A stretch of DNA of 64,000 nt from Verrucomicrobiota bacterium (GCA_013288215.1 JABDCI010000005.1:2962-66961); one strand, 5' to 3'; shown: positions 52,283-62,643, counted from the stretch's first letter. Program-made: numbers and translations. Notes: generated from the sequence alone by a model not told the origin.

Positions 52283-53148
52283 GGTGTTTTCCGATCCTCT
52301 TCGCTGAATTTACGAAAACAGGCCTCGAACCATTCGGCAATCTGGACCATCCGTGGTCCCGGGATCGTGGCAAAGTCCTCGGTCACGTAGACAATCCGAT
52401 GATGATGCGATGCCGGCGTGTCGGCCGTTGAAAGCCAGTCGGGAACGTCCTTTTTTCCCTGAACACTCCCGCGGAATTCGAAAATCGCATCGGGTTGAAG
52501 AGCGAGAATCGATTCGCGGCTTGGGATGAAGTAAGGAAGCCGCTGTTCGCTAAAAATATTGACGCCGTGCGCGGCCTCCATCATTTCGCTGATGAAGGAG
52601 TTTTTGCCTGCCGCCATCAAGCTGCGGCTGCTTTCCGCTTCTCCGTCGAGCAGGGCGAGCGCCTTGTAGGCTGGAAGCGACGCGCTCCTTTTGCGAACCG
52701 CATCCAGGCGCACTTGAAGCTCGGCAACGAGTGCGCGGGCGGTGTTGCCCTTTCCAAGGAGATCCCCCACGCGGATCGTCTCTTCGGTGAGCTCATGAAA
52801 ACTTTCGATCGTGACGGAGAGGCATTGGATCTCGTTGTTTTCGGCGAAGCGACGCACACGATCCATGCGTCCAAGGACGAAAAGGAGGGTGGGATGGAGC
52901 GCAAGAATCCGCTCGAAATTGGGATTGAGCAATCCTCCGCAGCGGGGTTCCGAAACCCCCTCCGGAAGCTGGCAATAGTCCGAAACGCCGACGAGCGAAT
53001 TCGTGGCGCCAAGCGCGAGTATGATTTCGGTGACGTTGGGAGTCATGCTCACGACGCGCGGGTCGTGGGGTGCCGCGCTCACTCGGGACATCAGGATGAA
53101 GGCAAAAAAAAGCGCGCCTGTCCTGCGCCAAAAATGCCCGATCTTCAT
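52279..53148 (-). CDS. btuF: Periplasmic corrinoid/siderophore-binding protein (BtuF/FecB family)
   Basis: It has a signal peptide, MKIGHFWRRTGALFFAFILMSRVSA. RVVSMTPNVTEIILALGATNSLVGVSDYC is typical of BtuF-like proteins. There is a 4-nt overlap with the downstream ATPase-permease gene. Confidence 0.75.
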   Translation of the reverse strand: MKIGHFWRRTGALFFAFILMSRVSAAPHDPRVVSMTPNVTEIILALGATNSLVGVSDYCQLPEGVSEPRCGGLLNPNFERILALHPTLLFVLGRMDRVRRFAENNEIQCLSVTIESFHELTEETIRVGDLLGKGNTARALVAELQVRLDAVRKRSASLPAYKALALLDGEAESSRSLMAAGKNSFISEMMEAAHGVNIFSEQRLPYFIPSRESILALQPDAIFEFRGSVQGKKDVPDWLSTADTPASHHHRIVYVTEDFATIPGPRMVQIAEWFEACFRKFSEEDRKTP

Positions 53149-53220
53149 AGGTTTGCGGCAACCTGCGAGCAAATCTGCATGGATGGAAGGAATTCTTTCA
53201 CACCGGACAACAAGCTTCTG

Positions 53221-53958
53221 TCATTTCAACACCGTAAGATCGCAAAACCAAAAACCGCGAGTTGTGGGACGCGGTGCTTGGGCGGGAAGTGGACAGACGG
53301 TGGAGTCAGGATGCGTTTGCTCCAGCGGACGATAAACTCGAGGGCCGATCTGAATCTGAAGTGGTTTGCGGAAGATGGGGCCGGCGTAGGCGAATGAATG
53401 ATATTCGCCATTTTCGCCGCACGGGTCGACATTGGACGGAAGATTGGAAACAAATGCTGAATCGATGTTCTTTCCAAGGCTTTCCTGGTCAAGATAGGCA
53501 TCGTTCACACAGCAGATGACGGATTGGAATTGCAGATCGATGAATTCCTGAATCAGCTTGCGCGTGTCTATTTTCCAAAGGGGAAAGAGGCCTTGCAATC
53601 CAATCTGCGCAAGGTTGGATTCGCGCCAGCGTTTCAAATCCTCGAGAAAGATGTCTCCAAAAACCACCTGTTTGACTCCCTGTTCCTGATATTTTTTCAG
53701 GATACGCGTCATTTTCTCAGCGTATTCTTCGTTTGAGCTGCGCCGGCTGACCTGCATTTTCTCGAGAGGCAGGCCGATGGCCGCGGCCTGTTTTTCAAGG
53801 AGCGCCTCGCGAATGCCGTGCATCGAAACACGCCGGTAATATTCGTTGAAAGTCGTCAGAAGCCCCACCACCTCGTATTGGCCGGAGCACAACACTTTGT
53901 GAAGGCAAAGCGCCGAATCTTTGCCTCCACTCCAGCACATAAGAACTTTTTCTTTCAT
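53221..53958 (-). CDS. Dph6/MJ0570-type PP-loop ATP pyrophosphatase (diphthine-ammonia ligase-like), paralog 1
   Basis: The PP-loop is CWSGGKDSAL. It also shows FGDIFLEDLKRWRE, FPLW and CGENGEYHSF. It lies between btuB and btuF on the same strand. Confidence 0.75.
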   Translation of the reverse strand: MKEKVLMCWSGGKDSALCLHKVLCSGQYEVVGLLTTFNEYYRRVSMHGIREALLEKQAAAIGLPLEKMQVSRRSSNEEYAEKMTRILKKYQEQGVKQVVFGDIFLEDLKRWRESNLAQIGLQGLFPLWKIDTRKLIQEFIDLQFQSVICCVNDAYLDQESLGKNIDSAFVSNLPSNVDPCGENGEYHSFAYAGPIFRKPLQIQIGPRVYRPLEQTHPDSTVCPLPAQAPRPTTRGFWFCDLTVLK

Positions 53959-54072
53959 AAGGCTTGTTCGGTTGGAGCGACGTTTTATATCCCATGGTGA
54001 CGCTTCATGCGAACATATCCCTCCATTGGGTCTTCACCCCGAGTTGAATGTTCATCCTTCGCGTCTTTGGTA

Positions 54073-55935
54073 TCAATAATCGAATTCCAATCCGGCGTAA
54101 AAAGTGCGGCCCAAGGCCGGATAACCAGCCGCTTGCTGATAGCGGTAGCCCAGCAGATTTTCGCCTTTGGCGAACGTTTTTAAATGCCGATTGATCTGGT
54201 AGTTCACATCAAGGTCAAGGCGGTTAAATTCACTCAATGTTTGCGTATTGCCCTGATCGTCAAAACTTTGGCCCGTGAAGCTGTAAATCAGGACAAGCCC
54301 CAATTCATCCAGAGCCTGCCATGTGGTGGCAACACTGGCGGTTTGCCGAGGGATGCGCGCCAGATTATTGCCCGTGAAACGGGGATCCTTGTCGGTCGTT
54401 GAAGTGAGGGTGTAAGCTATCCGAAACGAAAGATTGGTGGTGGCGTTCCAATCCGCCGAGTTTTCGACACCTTCGGTGCGAACTTTGGCCAGGTTTTGAA
54501 ACACAAATGCATTGTCCGCTGCAATCAGGTTGACAACGTCGTTATAGAAATAAGTGGAATCCACCTTCAGCTTGTTATCCAAGAGCGGTTGAGTGACCCC
54601 GACGTCGTAGCCTTCGGTTGTTTCAGGGATCAGATTGGGATTCGCTCCCGAGTTGGGGCCGAAAAGAGGCTGAAGTTCGGAGATGGCGGGCGCACGAAAC
54701 GCCGTGCCGAAGGACATGTGGATGCGGGAATCCGTGACAGGGGTCTTGAAAAACTGGCTTGCCCGGTATGTGAAGGCGTCTCGAAACCCTTCATTATCGT
54801 CGAAGCGGCCGGAAAGGGTGAAACCCCATTGATCCTCCAAACGGATATTATCCGAGAGATAAACGGCATCCGTGGCACGATTGAACACATTGTTGCCGTT
54901 GGAGGCTTCGGTCGTGGTATGGTCGTTGTAAGCTTGGATTCCGGCGACGAAAGTATTCCACTCCGCCACGTTCATGGTATTTTGCCAATCGAGCTGGAGG
55001 CTTTGGCTGTGATCGACATATTCCGCGGGAGGGGAATCAGATCGCTGGCCAATGCCGATGTAACCCAGTGTGAGTTTGCTTTGCCAGATCTCGAACGGTG
55101 TCACTGTCAAGGAGGGAGAAATCATGGTCATGCGGCGAATCAGTCTGGAGGCAGGATCGTTTGCACCGAAGCCCGTGATGCCATTGGGAGTTCCGACCGT
55201 ATAGTCGGTCCACCTGGTGACCAGATCCAGACGAGCTGTGTCGGAGATGTCATATCCGAAGCGTCCTGCAGCGGCATTTTGGCGAAAGTTATTGTTGGGT
55301 CGTTCCTGATCCGTATCAAGACGCGCATATTCGGCATTCCAATCGAATTGTTTTTCCTTGCCCTGGGTAAAGATGCGCTCCCGTCGTGTGTCGAAAGTTC
55401 CCGCCTCAAAAGAAGTGCCAAACGTGGGTTTCCCCTGTCCTTGAGGAGCGAAGAGGGAAACCACGCCCCCCTGGGCCATGGAGCCATAGAGGGAACTCTG
55501 GGGTCCCCGCAAGATTTCCAGGTTGCCGGTAAGCAAAGGGGGGAGATCGGCAAGATCGGCAATGCCATCGATGGACCGGTTGAAATTCAAGCCATCGACT
55601 TGAACAAGGGTGCGGCTAAAAGGCAGGCCACGGATGGAGATCTGTGACACGCCCCCCTGCGCACCCGTGCCGTTGTTCACTTCCGTGCCGGCTTGCCCGC
55701 GCAGGATTTCTTCGGTCGTGAAGGGATGCTGTGCCTGGATGAATTTTTCGCTCACGACCGAGATGCTCGAACCTGATTTCCACGCCTCCTCCTCGAATTT
55801 CGAGGCCGACACCACAATTTCGTCCATTTGGGCGTCTGTTTTTGAGGCGCTCTCGACGTTGTTGGTGTTTTGTGCGTAGAGCGGAAGGGTGAGGGCCGCG
55901 AAACTTAGGCCGGCATAATAAACGAAACGATTCAT
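54073..55935 (-). CDS. btuB: TonB-dependent outer-membrane receptor (BtuB-like)
   Basis: From the ATG at 55935 it has a signal peptide, FAALTLPLYA. The TonB box is DEIVVSAS. It has a plug and barrel, and the C-terminus reads YAGLEFDY. It lies directly downstream of a cobalamin riboswitch. Confidence 0.85.
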   Translation of the reverse strand: MNRFVYYAGLSFAALTLPLYAQNTNNVESASKTDAQMDEIVVSASKFEEEAWKSGSSISVVSEKFIQAQHPFTTEEILRGQAGTEVNNGTGAQGGVSQISIRGLPFSRTLVQVDGLNFNRSIDGIADLADLPPLLTGNLEILRGPQSSLYGSMAQGGVVSLFAPQGQGKPTFGTSFEAGTFDTRRERIFTQGKEKQFDWNAEYARLDTDQERPNNNFRQNAAAGRFGYDISDTARLDLVTRWTDYTVGTPNGITGFGANDPASRLIRRMTMISPSLTVTPFEIWQSKLTLGYIGIGQRSDSPPAEYVDHSQSLQLDWQNTMNVAEWNTFVAGIQAYNDHTTTEASNGNNVFNRATDAVYLSDNIRLEDQWGFTLSGRFDDNEGFRDAFTYRASQFFKTPVTDSRIHMSFGTAFRAPAISELQPLFGPNSGANPNLIPETTEGYDVGVTQPLLDNKLKVDSTYFYNDVVNLIAADNAFVFQNLAKVRTEGVENSADWNATTNLSFRIAYTLTSTTDKDPRFTGNNLARIPRQTASVATTWQALDELGLVLIYSFTGQSFDDQGNTQTLSEFNRLDLDVNYQINRHLKTFAKGENLLGYRYQQAAGYPALGRTFYAGLEFDY

Positions 55936-56063
55936 AGGGCTGATGCTCCGATTGAATGAGAGACCAGCTGGCGACTTTGCAAAGACGACAGTTGACACTC
56001 CCAATCTTGTTTTTAGCGAACAAGGTTTTTCGACGACTTCCCAAGAAGCTGCCGTATTGAGAA

Positions 56064-56210
56064 CATCGCAGCCGTTATCCTGACTTCAGGCTTCAAACCT
56101 TGCCCCCGCCTTCACTCTCGAACACGTTCGGAGTTGGCATTTGAGAGCTCGTAGCCTGTTACAGTGGCGCAACCGTTCCCGATTTTCACGGGATTCCCTG
56201 CGCTGCGATG
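56064..56210 (-). promoter_or_regulatory. Cobalamin (B12) riboswitch aptamer
   Basis: The minus strand reads CATCGCAGCgcAGGGAAtcccGTGAAAAtcGGGaaCgGttGCGCCACTGT...gtgAAGGCg...GAAGTCAGGAtAACgGCTGCGATG. It has the conserved AGGGAA/GTGAAA/GCCACTG core and a B12-box-like AGTCAGGA. The closing P1 helix is CATCGCAGC (56210-56202) paired with GCTGCGATG (56072-56064). Confidence 0.8.
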
Positions 56211-56375
56211 CATTCCGGATTTCCGGAAAAAACCTGCAAAGAACAACCGGCCCGACTCTGCCACGACTCTTCAGCCAAGACAATGGGATTTTATTGCTCG
56301 GCATTGAACTCGCGTTACCATGGATGCCATGCGAATCGAATGTCGAACCCTGATGAAAGCAGGCTCGAGGTAGGG

Positions 56376-57050
56376 ATGCCGAAACGTGTGGCGGTCTTAT
56401 GGACGGGCGGCAAGGATTCCTGTTTCGTCCTTCATCAGATGGCGGCGGCGGGAAACGAGATTCAACTTCTGGCCACCTTCGTTCCTAAAAACACCTCGTT
56501 TCTGGCGCATCCTCTTGCGATCATGAAGGCTCAGGCTGAAGCTCTTGGTGTTTCCCACCTGGAAATTCCCGTTGAAGAGCCATACCGTGAAGGTTACGAG
56601 CGGGGGCTGAGAGCACTCCAGGAAGAGCATCGGATCGATGCGGTGACGACGGGCGATATCTCCGAAGTGGATGGATTGCCGAATTGGATCCGCGAATGCA
56701 GTGGTTCCATGGGGCTGGAAGTGATCACGCCGCTCTGGGGGATCGATCGGTTCGATCACATGCGCCGCCTGATTGAAGAAGGATATGACGTGCTTTTTTC
56801 GTGCGTGAAGCATTGCTGGCTCGCGCCTGAATGGACGGGCAGAAGCCTCAATATGAAATGGCTCGATGAATTGGGTTCCGTGCGGAAGAAAAACGGGCTC
56901 GACCTTTGCGGAGAGCAGGGGGAATTTCACACGCTCGTCACTTTGGCTCCTCGTTTTAAACAACGCATTGTGCTGCAGCGGACATCCATCGAATCGCGGG
57001 CAGAATTCAGCTTCCTGCGAGTTGGAGGGGTTCATTTATGCATCCCTTAA
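56376..57050 (+). CDS. Dph6/MJ0570-type PP-loop ATP pyrophosphatase, paralog 2
   Basis: From the ATG at 56376, which has a GAGGTAGGG Shine-Dalgarno sequence, it reads MPKRVAVLWTGGKDSCFVL. It also shows TPLWG and CGEQGEFHTLV. It is divergent from the riboswitch/btuB promoter region. Confidence 0.75.
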   Translation: MPKRVAVLWTGGKDSCFVLHQMAAAGNEIQLLATFVPKNTSFLAHPLAIMKAQAEALGVSHLEIPVEEPYREGYERGLRALQEEHRIDAVTTGDISEVDGLPNWIRECSGSMGLEVITPLWGIDRFDHMRRLIEEGYDVLFSCVKHCWLAPEWTGRSLNMKWLDELGSVRKKNGLDLCGEQGEFHTLVTLAPRFKQRIVLQRTSIESRAEFSFLRVGGVHLCIP

Positions 57051-57093
57051 ACTTTTGATTGTGCAGCGGGTGGTCTATGGCAGAATGGGAGGA

Positions 57094-58086
57094 ATGCACT
57101 GCTTTCAGTCCAACCGTTTTATAAACCGAAGGTTGCTGGTCCTTCTTTGCGTCTTATTTCTGTCCTACGGGAGTTTTGCTCGCGGCGACCTGGTCGACGG
57201 CATTGCCGCCATCGTGAATCAGGACATCATCACGTTTACGGATGTGAAGAACATGGTGGGACAGACGGAGGATTCGTTGCGGAAAGCTTATTCGCCGGGC
57301 GATCCCCAGCTTGGCGAAAAAATCCAGCAGGCCTACAAGGAAGCCCTCGATCAGCTGATTGAACGTCAACTTATCATCCAACAGTTTAACAGCAAAGGGG
57401 GCAAGGTTCCCGAAACCCTCATTGAAGAAGAAATTCAGCAAACGATTGATGATCAATATGGGCACGATCGGAGTGTCTTTATCAAGACGCTTGAAGCGCT
57501 TGGCTTGGATCTTGAGACCTACAAGGAACGTATCCGAGACAAGATTGTCGTTCGTTACATGCAGCAGACCGAGGTCAGCAACGAAATCATTATTTCTCCC
57601 TATAAGATTGAAAAATATTACGAGGAGCATCCTTCGGAGTTCCAAGAGGGCGAAAAAGTGAAACTGCGCATGATTTACGTCAAAAAAGGAAGTACGGATG
57701 AAGAAACCGCGGGTGCCAAAAGTCTGGTCCAGGAAATTTTATTGAAGCTGACGACCGGGTCGGATTTCGCCTCATTGGCATCCGTTTATTCTGAAGGATC
57801 CGAAAAGAACCAGGGAGGCGATCTTGGCTTCGTCGGACGCGACAGCCTCAGGAAAGAACTTGCGGATGCGGCGTTTGCACTCGATGCCGGCCAGCTTAGC
57901 AAAGTGATTGAAACGAAGGAGGGTTTCTACTTGGTGCAGGTGGAGGATAAAAAACCTGCCAAGGTGAGTACTTTGGAGGAATCGCGCGATCTTATCGAGC
58001 GCCTGCTTATTGCTCAGGAACGCGCACGGCTTCAAAAGCGATGGGTCCAGTCTCTCAGGCGCAAGGCGTATATTCGAATGTATTAG
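57094..58086 (+). CDS. SurA-like periplasmic chaperone / PpiC-type peptidyl-prolyl isomerase
   Basis: It has a signal peptide. The SurA_N-like segment is DGIAAIVNQDIITFTDV. The rotamase domain reads KVKLRMIYV...GGDLGFVGRDSLRKELADAAFAL...GFYLVQVED. An alternative start lies at 57085. Confidence 0.8.
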   Translation: MHCFQSNRFINRRLLVLLCVLFLSYGSFARGDLVDGIAAIVNQDIITFTDVKNMVGQTEDSLRKAYSPGDPQLGEKIQQAYKEALDQLIERQLIIQQFNSKGGKVPETLIEEEIQQTIDDQYGHDRSVFIKTLEALGLDLETYKERIRDKIVVRYMQQTEVSNEIIISPYKIEKYYEEHPSEFQEGEKVKLRMIYVKKGSTDEETAGAKSLVQEILLKLTTGSDFASLASVYSEGSEKNQGGDLGFVGRDSLRKELADAAFALDAGQLSKVIETKEGFYLVQVEDKKPAKVSTLEESRDLIERLLIAQERARLQKRWVQSLRRKAYIRMY

Positions 58087-58129
58087 TCGCTCAGGGTTGA
58101 GAGGCTGACCCATGGGTGGTCCCAAGCGA

Positions 58130-59002
58130 ATGAAAACGATCGCAATCACACTCGGGGATGTGGCGGGTATTGGACCCGAGGTTGTTCGAAAAGCCTTGGG
58201 TTCTGGAAAACTTGATTCCCGCTTTCGTTATCATGTTCTCATTCCGAATGAAGCCCCTGTTCTCAAACCAGGCAAATTATCGCGGTTGGCCGCGCAATTT
58301 GCACTTCGTTCGCTCGAAGCGGGCGTCGTAGGTTGCCTGAGCGGTGACTTCATGGCCCTTGTGACGGCGCCCGTCAGCAAGGCAGGTCTGAAACTTGCCG
58401 GATTTCCTTTTCCTGGCCAGACGGAGTTCCTCGCTCATCGCACGCGCACGCGGCGCTTCGCCATGATGCTTATGGGCGGAGGATTGCGGGTGACGCTTGT
58501 GACCATTCATATTCCGATCCGAAAAATCAGCAGGCTTTTAACGCGTCGTTTGATTTCAGAAAAGATCGAGCTCACGCACATGATGTTGAAACGGCTTGGC
58601 ATGCGTCAACCGCGCATCGCGGTGGCAGGACTCAATCCCCACGGTGGCGTGCCTGGAGAGCAGGATGAAGAGGAACGCCGGATGATCGTCCCCGCGGTGC
58701 GTGCCTCCGTGAAACGGTTCGGTTCAAACGTCACTGGACCGCACTCTCCTGACCATGTCTTCTGGCTTGCGAAACAAGGGAAGGTGGATGCGGTTGTGTG
58801 CATGTACCACGACCAGGGATTGATTCCTCTGAAAATGTTAGCTTTTGATTCAGGAGTGAATGTGACATTGGGACTTCCCATCGTCCGCACCTCTCCGGAT
58901 CATGGCACTGCCTATGACATCGCCGGCAAAAACCGTGCGAATCCAAAAAGCATGATTGAGGCAATCAACCTCGCCGCGAGACTCGTCTTGTCACGTGCCT
59001 GA
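58130..59002 (+). CDS. pdxA: 4-hydroxythreonine-4-phosphate dehydrogenase
   Basis: It shows IAITLGDVAGIGPEV, TAPVSK, GQTEFLA, GLNPHGG, MYHDQGLIPLK, VRTSPDHGTA. Alternative start at 58112. Confidence 0.9.
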   Translation: MKTIAITLGDVAGIGPEVVRKALGSGKLDSRFRYHVLIPNEAPVLKPGKLSRLAAQFALRSLEAGVVGCLSGDFMALVTAPVSKAGLKLAGFPFPGQTEFLAHRTRTRRFAMMLMGGGLRVTLVTIHIPIRKISRLLTRRLISEKIELTHMMLKRLGMRQPRIAVAGLNPHGGVPGEQDEEERRMIVPAVRASVKRFGSNVTGPHSPDHVFWLAKQGKVDAVVCMYHDQGLIPLKMLAFDSGVNVTLGLPIVRTSPDHGTAYDIAGKNRANPKSMIEAINLAARLVLSRA

Positions 59003-59028
59003 AGAGATGTTCTGATTTTCCTCGAGCC

Positions 59029-59772
59029 ATGAAGCTTCTCATCGTTATCCCCGCGCGATATGGTTCCACGCGATTTCCTGGAAAACCGCTTGTGTGCATC
59101 GGGGGCATTTCGTTAATCGAGCGCGTCTATCGCAATTGTTCCGGCGTGAAGAACGCTCAAGTCGTTGTCGCGACGGATGACCGGCGCATTGAGTCGCATG
59201 TGCGGGAATTTGGCGGGGAGGCGATGATGACCTCCAAGCATCATCCCAGCGGCACGGATCGCGCCGCAGAGGTTGCGCGGCGGCATGCATGTGATGTCGT
59301 GATCAATGTTCAGGGAGACGAGCCGCTATTGCCGGCTTCCGTCATTCGAAGGATCGCCGATGTGATGCTTCGTGAAAAAAAATTGGAGATGGCGACTCTG
59401 GCTCATCCGATTACAAGATCGCAGGATTACCAGGATCCCAATGTGGTGAAAGTCGTTTTGGATCGTGATAGTGATGCTCTTTACTTTTCACGTTCGCCTA
59501 TTCCGCACTTGTGGGACGCTTGGCACTCGATGCTTGGCGTTTATCGTCATGTGGGCATTTACGCTTACCAACGCTCCTTTCTGCTTCACTATGTGAAATG
59601 GCCGCAATCGTTATTGGAGAAAGCAGAGAAGCTCGAGCAGCTTCGTGCGCTGGACCGGGGCATTAAAATTCATGTGTTAAAGACAACATATGAAGCGATT
59701 GGCGTGGATGTTCCGTCGGATGTGAAGAAAGTCGAACGTATCCTGAAAGGCGCACGCATTCGTTTGAAATAG
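59029..59772 (+). CDS. kdsB: 3-deoxy-manno-octulosonate cytidylyltransferase (CMP-KDO synthetase)
   Basis: It shows [27 protein letters not shown] and LEQLR. Confidence 0.9.
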   Translation: MKLLIVIPARYGSTRFPGKPLVCIGGISLIERVYRNCSGVKNAQVVVATDDRRIESHVREFGGEAMMTSKHHPSGTDRAAEVARRHACDVVINVQGDEPLLPASVIRRIADVMLREKKLEMATLAHPITRSQDYQDPNVVKVVLDRDSDALYFSRSPIPHLWDAWHSMLGVYRHVGIYAYQRSFLLHYVKWPQSLLEKAEKLEQLRALDRGIKIHVLKTTYEAIGVDVPSDVKKVERILKGARIRLK

Positions 59773-59798
59773 AGCAGGCTCCCGCTAAGATGGAAGGG

Positions 59799-61850
59799 AT
59801 GCCCGATTTTAAGCTTGTAGCTCCCTATTTGCCGAGCGGTGACCAGCCACGCGCCATTGAGGAACTGGTTCATTCCATTGAAAAAAGGACGTTTTGCCAG
59901 ACGCTTTTGGGGGTCACGGGTTCAGGCAAGACATTCACGATGGCCAGCGTCATCAACCGCCTGCAACGGCCGACGCTTGTCATCACTCACAACAAGACGC
60001 TTGCAGCGCAGCTTTTTGCGGAGTTCCGGACCTTTTTTCCTGAGAACGCGGTGGAATATTTTGTCAGCTACTTCGACTACTATCAGCCCGAGGCGTACCT
60101 TCCTCAAACCGATACATTTATCGAAAAGGATTCGTCGATCAATGAAGAGATTGAGCGACTTCGGCTGTCGGCCACGAGCTCCCTTTTATCGCGCCGTGAT
60201 GCGATTATTGTGGCCAGCGTTTCATGCATCTATGGCCTCGGTTCACCTGAGGATTATCAGTCACTCGTCCTGCGGCTGCGCGTGAATGAGGAGATGGATC
60301 GCCAGACTTTGCTCAGCCGGCTCGTCGACATGCAATACAGCCGCAACGACATTGATTTTTCCCGCGGCAAGTTCCGCGTGCGCGGCGACGTCGTTGAGCT
60401 CTGCCCTTCGGATTCTGAAAAAGCGATCCGTGTGGAACTTTTCGGCGATACGATCGAGCGGCTAACCTATTTTGACCCGCTGACCGGGGACAAAACTCAG
60501 ACATGCGACGAAACCACTCTTTTCCCCGCAAAACATTTTGTGACTCCCTATGGCAAAATTCAGCGAGCGGTGGAGGGAATTAAAATCGAGCTCGAGAGCC
60601 GCCTGAAAGAATTCGAGAGCCAGGGCAAGCTGATCGAGGCGCAACGTTTGAAAATGCGCACGACCTATGACATCGAGATGATGCAGGAAATGGGGTTTTG
60701 CAATGGGATTGAGAATTACTCGCGCCATCTGACGGGGCGGGCGCCTGGTTCTCCGCCCTACACGCTGCTTGATTTCTTTCCAGATGATTTTCTGACGATC
60801 ATCGATGAGTCGCACGCGACCGTGCCGCAAATTGGCGGCATGTATGCGGGCGATCAGGCGCGCAAGAAGGTGCTCGTCGAGTTTGGCTTCCGACTGCCAT
60901 CCGCACTCGATAACCGGCCCTTGAATTTTAATGAATTTCTCGCGCGACAAAAACAGATTGTCTGCGTCTCGGCCACGCCGGGAAATTGGGAGCTCCAGCA
61001 AAATCCCAGTGTGATCGAGCAGATTATTCGTCCGACAGGACTCATCGATCCCACCGTGACCGTCAAACCGTTGAAAGGCCAGATCGACGATCTGCTCGCG
61101 CGCATTCGCGAGCGCGTCGAAAAAAAGGAGCGGATTCTTGTCACGACACTGACCAAGAGGACGGCCGAGGATTTGACGGATTACCTGCGTGATTTCGGCG
61201 TCAAAGTGCGTTATCTCCATTCTGAGATCGATACGATCGAACGCGTGGAAATTTTGCGCGGATTGCGCAAGGCCGAGTTCGATGTGCTCGTCGGCATCAA
61301 TTTGTTAAGGGAAGGACTCGATTTGCCAGAGGTTTCGCTTGTGGCGATTCTGGACGCGGACAAGGAGGGCTATCTGCGTTCCGAGAAATCTCTCATTCAG
61401 ACAGCGGGACGCGCGGCGCGCCACTTGAATGGCGAAGTGATCCTTTACGCCGATCAAATGACCCCGTCGATTCAAACTCTGTTGAAGGTGACTGAATACC
61501 GCCGTTCCAAACAACTTGCGCACAATCAGAAAAACGGGATCACCCCACGGAGCGTGACGCGTGCCCTTGAGGAGAGCCTCGCGATTTATCAGGAGGCGGA
61601 GAAGATTGAATCCAGCGTCATTTCCGAATCAGGAGGCGATTTCGAGATCAGCGAATGGATTTATGAACTCGAAGAGCAAATGGAAAAGGCGGCGCGTGAT
61701 CTTGAATTCGAAAAGGCGGCCCTTTTGCGCGATCAAATCGCAGAACTTAAAAAACGCATGCAGGGGAAGGAATCGGATCAAGTGGAGCCCAAGGGATCCC
61801 CAGGCAAAAAATCACGCAAGTTCACACCCAAGTTGGGTCAAAGTTCCTGA
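59799..61850 (+). CDS. uvrB: Excinuclease ABC subunit B
   Basis: It shows [35 protein letters not shown], the helicase C motifs, and the C-terminal UVR motif [11 protein letters not shown]. An alternative start lies at 59790. Confidence 0.93.
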   Translation: MPDFKLVAPYLPSGDQPRAIEELVHSIEKRTFCQTLLGVTGSGKTFTMASVINRLQRPTLVITHNKTLAAQLFAEFRTFFPENAVEYFVSYFDYYQPEAYLPQTDTFIEKDSSINEEIERLRLSATSSLLSRRDAIIVASVSCIYGLGSPEDYQSLVLRLRVNEEMDRQTLLSRLVDMQYSRNDIDFSRGKFRVRGDVVELCPSDSEKAIRVELFGDTIERLTYFDPLTGDKTQTCDETTLFPAKHFVTPYGKIQRAVEGIKIELESRLKEFESQGKLIEAQRLKMRTTYDIEMMQEMGFCNGIENYSRHLTGRAPGSPPYTLLDFFPDDFLTIIDESHATVPQIGGMYAGDQARKKVLVEFGFRLPSALDNRPLNFNEFLARQKQIVCVSATPGNWELQQNPSVIEQIIRPTGLIDPTVTVKPLKGQIDDLLARIRERVEKKERILVTTLTKRTAEDLTDYLRDFGVKVRYLHSEIDTIERVEILRGLRKAEFDVLVGINLLREGLDLPEVSLVAILDADKEGYLRSEKSLIQTAGRAARHLNGEVILYADQMTPSIQTLLKVTEYRRSKQLAHNQKNGITPRSVTRALEESLAIYQEAEKIESSVISESGGDFEISEWIYELEEQMEKAARDLEFEKAALLRDQIAELKKRMQGKESDQVEPKGSPGKKSRKFTPKLGQSS

Positions 61851-61878
61851 CAGGCGAAAAAGACGCCCAACATTTTCT

Positions 61879-62643
61879 TCAGGGGGAGGGTTCCGGGCTT
61901 TTGTCAGAATTGGTTCGAGGAGCCTCTGAAGAGGTCGAACTCCCACCGGAGTCGGAGCTTCCCGTTCCCGAGTTCTTTGTCTCTCCTTCCGGAGCTTTTC
62001 CTCCTTCGCGTCGTGGCCTGCGGCCACGGCCTCCCCGGCTTCCGCGGGTGGCGCGGCGCGCACGCCGTTGTCGGCTGCGATTTTTTACGTCGTCAGGCGC
62101 GCCTTCGGGAACGATTTCCGGTCCGGCGACGACAATCATGTCCTCAATGGAGGCAAGCTGGTCTCCGGAAAAATCAAAAATTCCAAAATCCACGTCGTCA
62201 TTGATCTTGCCGGAAAAGGATCCAGCTTCGCTCTGGATGATCTCTTCGATGCTCATGCCGCGATGCACCTTGGCTGCAACAAAGCCGTTCACCACGCCGA
62301 TGGCGGCAAGCAGGTCGTCCTGTTCAGGTTTCACGTCGCCCTCTGTTGGATGCGAGAACCAGAGTTCGCTATCGAAGACGCGACCGTCCTCGGAAATCAC
62401 CTGGACGGAGTTGGATCCCATGTGCGGGAACGTGCGCATGAGTCGCTCCATGAGGACGGGCATGGTCTCGCTGGGCTTGACTGGACCGGAGCGCACGATG
62501 CAACCGTCAATGATGCAGATCCAAATGTGTCGCATGAGAACGCCAAGAGTAACACTTTCAGTGCGAGAATCAACAGAAGAGCGCGAGACTTGGAAGAGCA
62601 GCGGGTCCTGGATTTCCCAATCCGGGATTGTAGAGCCCCGCAT
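61879..62643 (-). CDS. Hypothetical protein with an acidic globular region and an Arg/Gly-rich (RGG-like), Ser-rich C-terminal tail
   Basis: Its composition looks more protein-like than the overlapping plus-strand ORFs. The tail reads RSRQRRARRATRGSRGGRGRRPRREGG...SGTGSSDSGGSSTSS. I recognise no family. Confidence 0.55.
   Translation of the reverse strand: MRGSTIPDWEIQDPLLFQVSRSSVDSRTESVTLGVLMRHIWICIIDGCIVRSGPVKPSETMPVLMERLMRTFPHMGSNSVQVISEDGRVFDSELWFSHPTEGDVKPEQDDLLAAIGVVNGFVAAKVHRGMSIEEIIQSEAGSFSGKINDDVDFGIFDFSGDQLASIEDMIVVAGPEIVPEGAPDDVKNRSRQRRARRATRGSRGGRGRRPRREGGKAPEGETKNSGTGSSDSGGSSTSSEAPRTNSDKSPEPSP

Noticed and set aside
54496-55647. 383-aa plus-strand ORF
   Set aside because: It is antisense to the TonB-dependent receptor, which has a TonB box, a barrel and the riboswitch upstream.
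56208-56375. N-terminal extension of the second Dph6-like ORF running into the riboswitch region
   Set aside because: The PP-loop family N-terminus (MPKRVAVLWTGGKDS) starts at 56376 with a Shine-Dalgarno sequence. The extension overlaps the riboswitch and promoter DNA.
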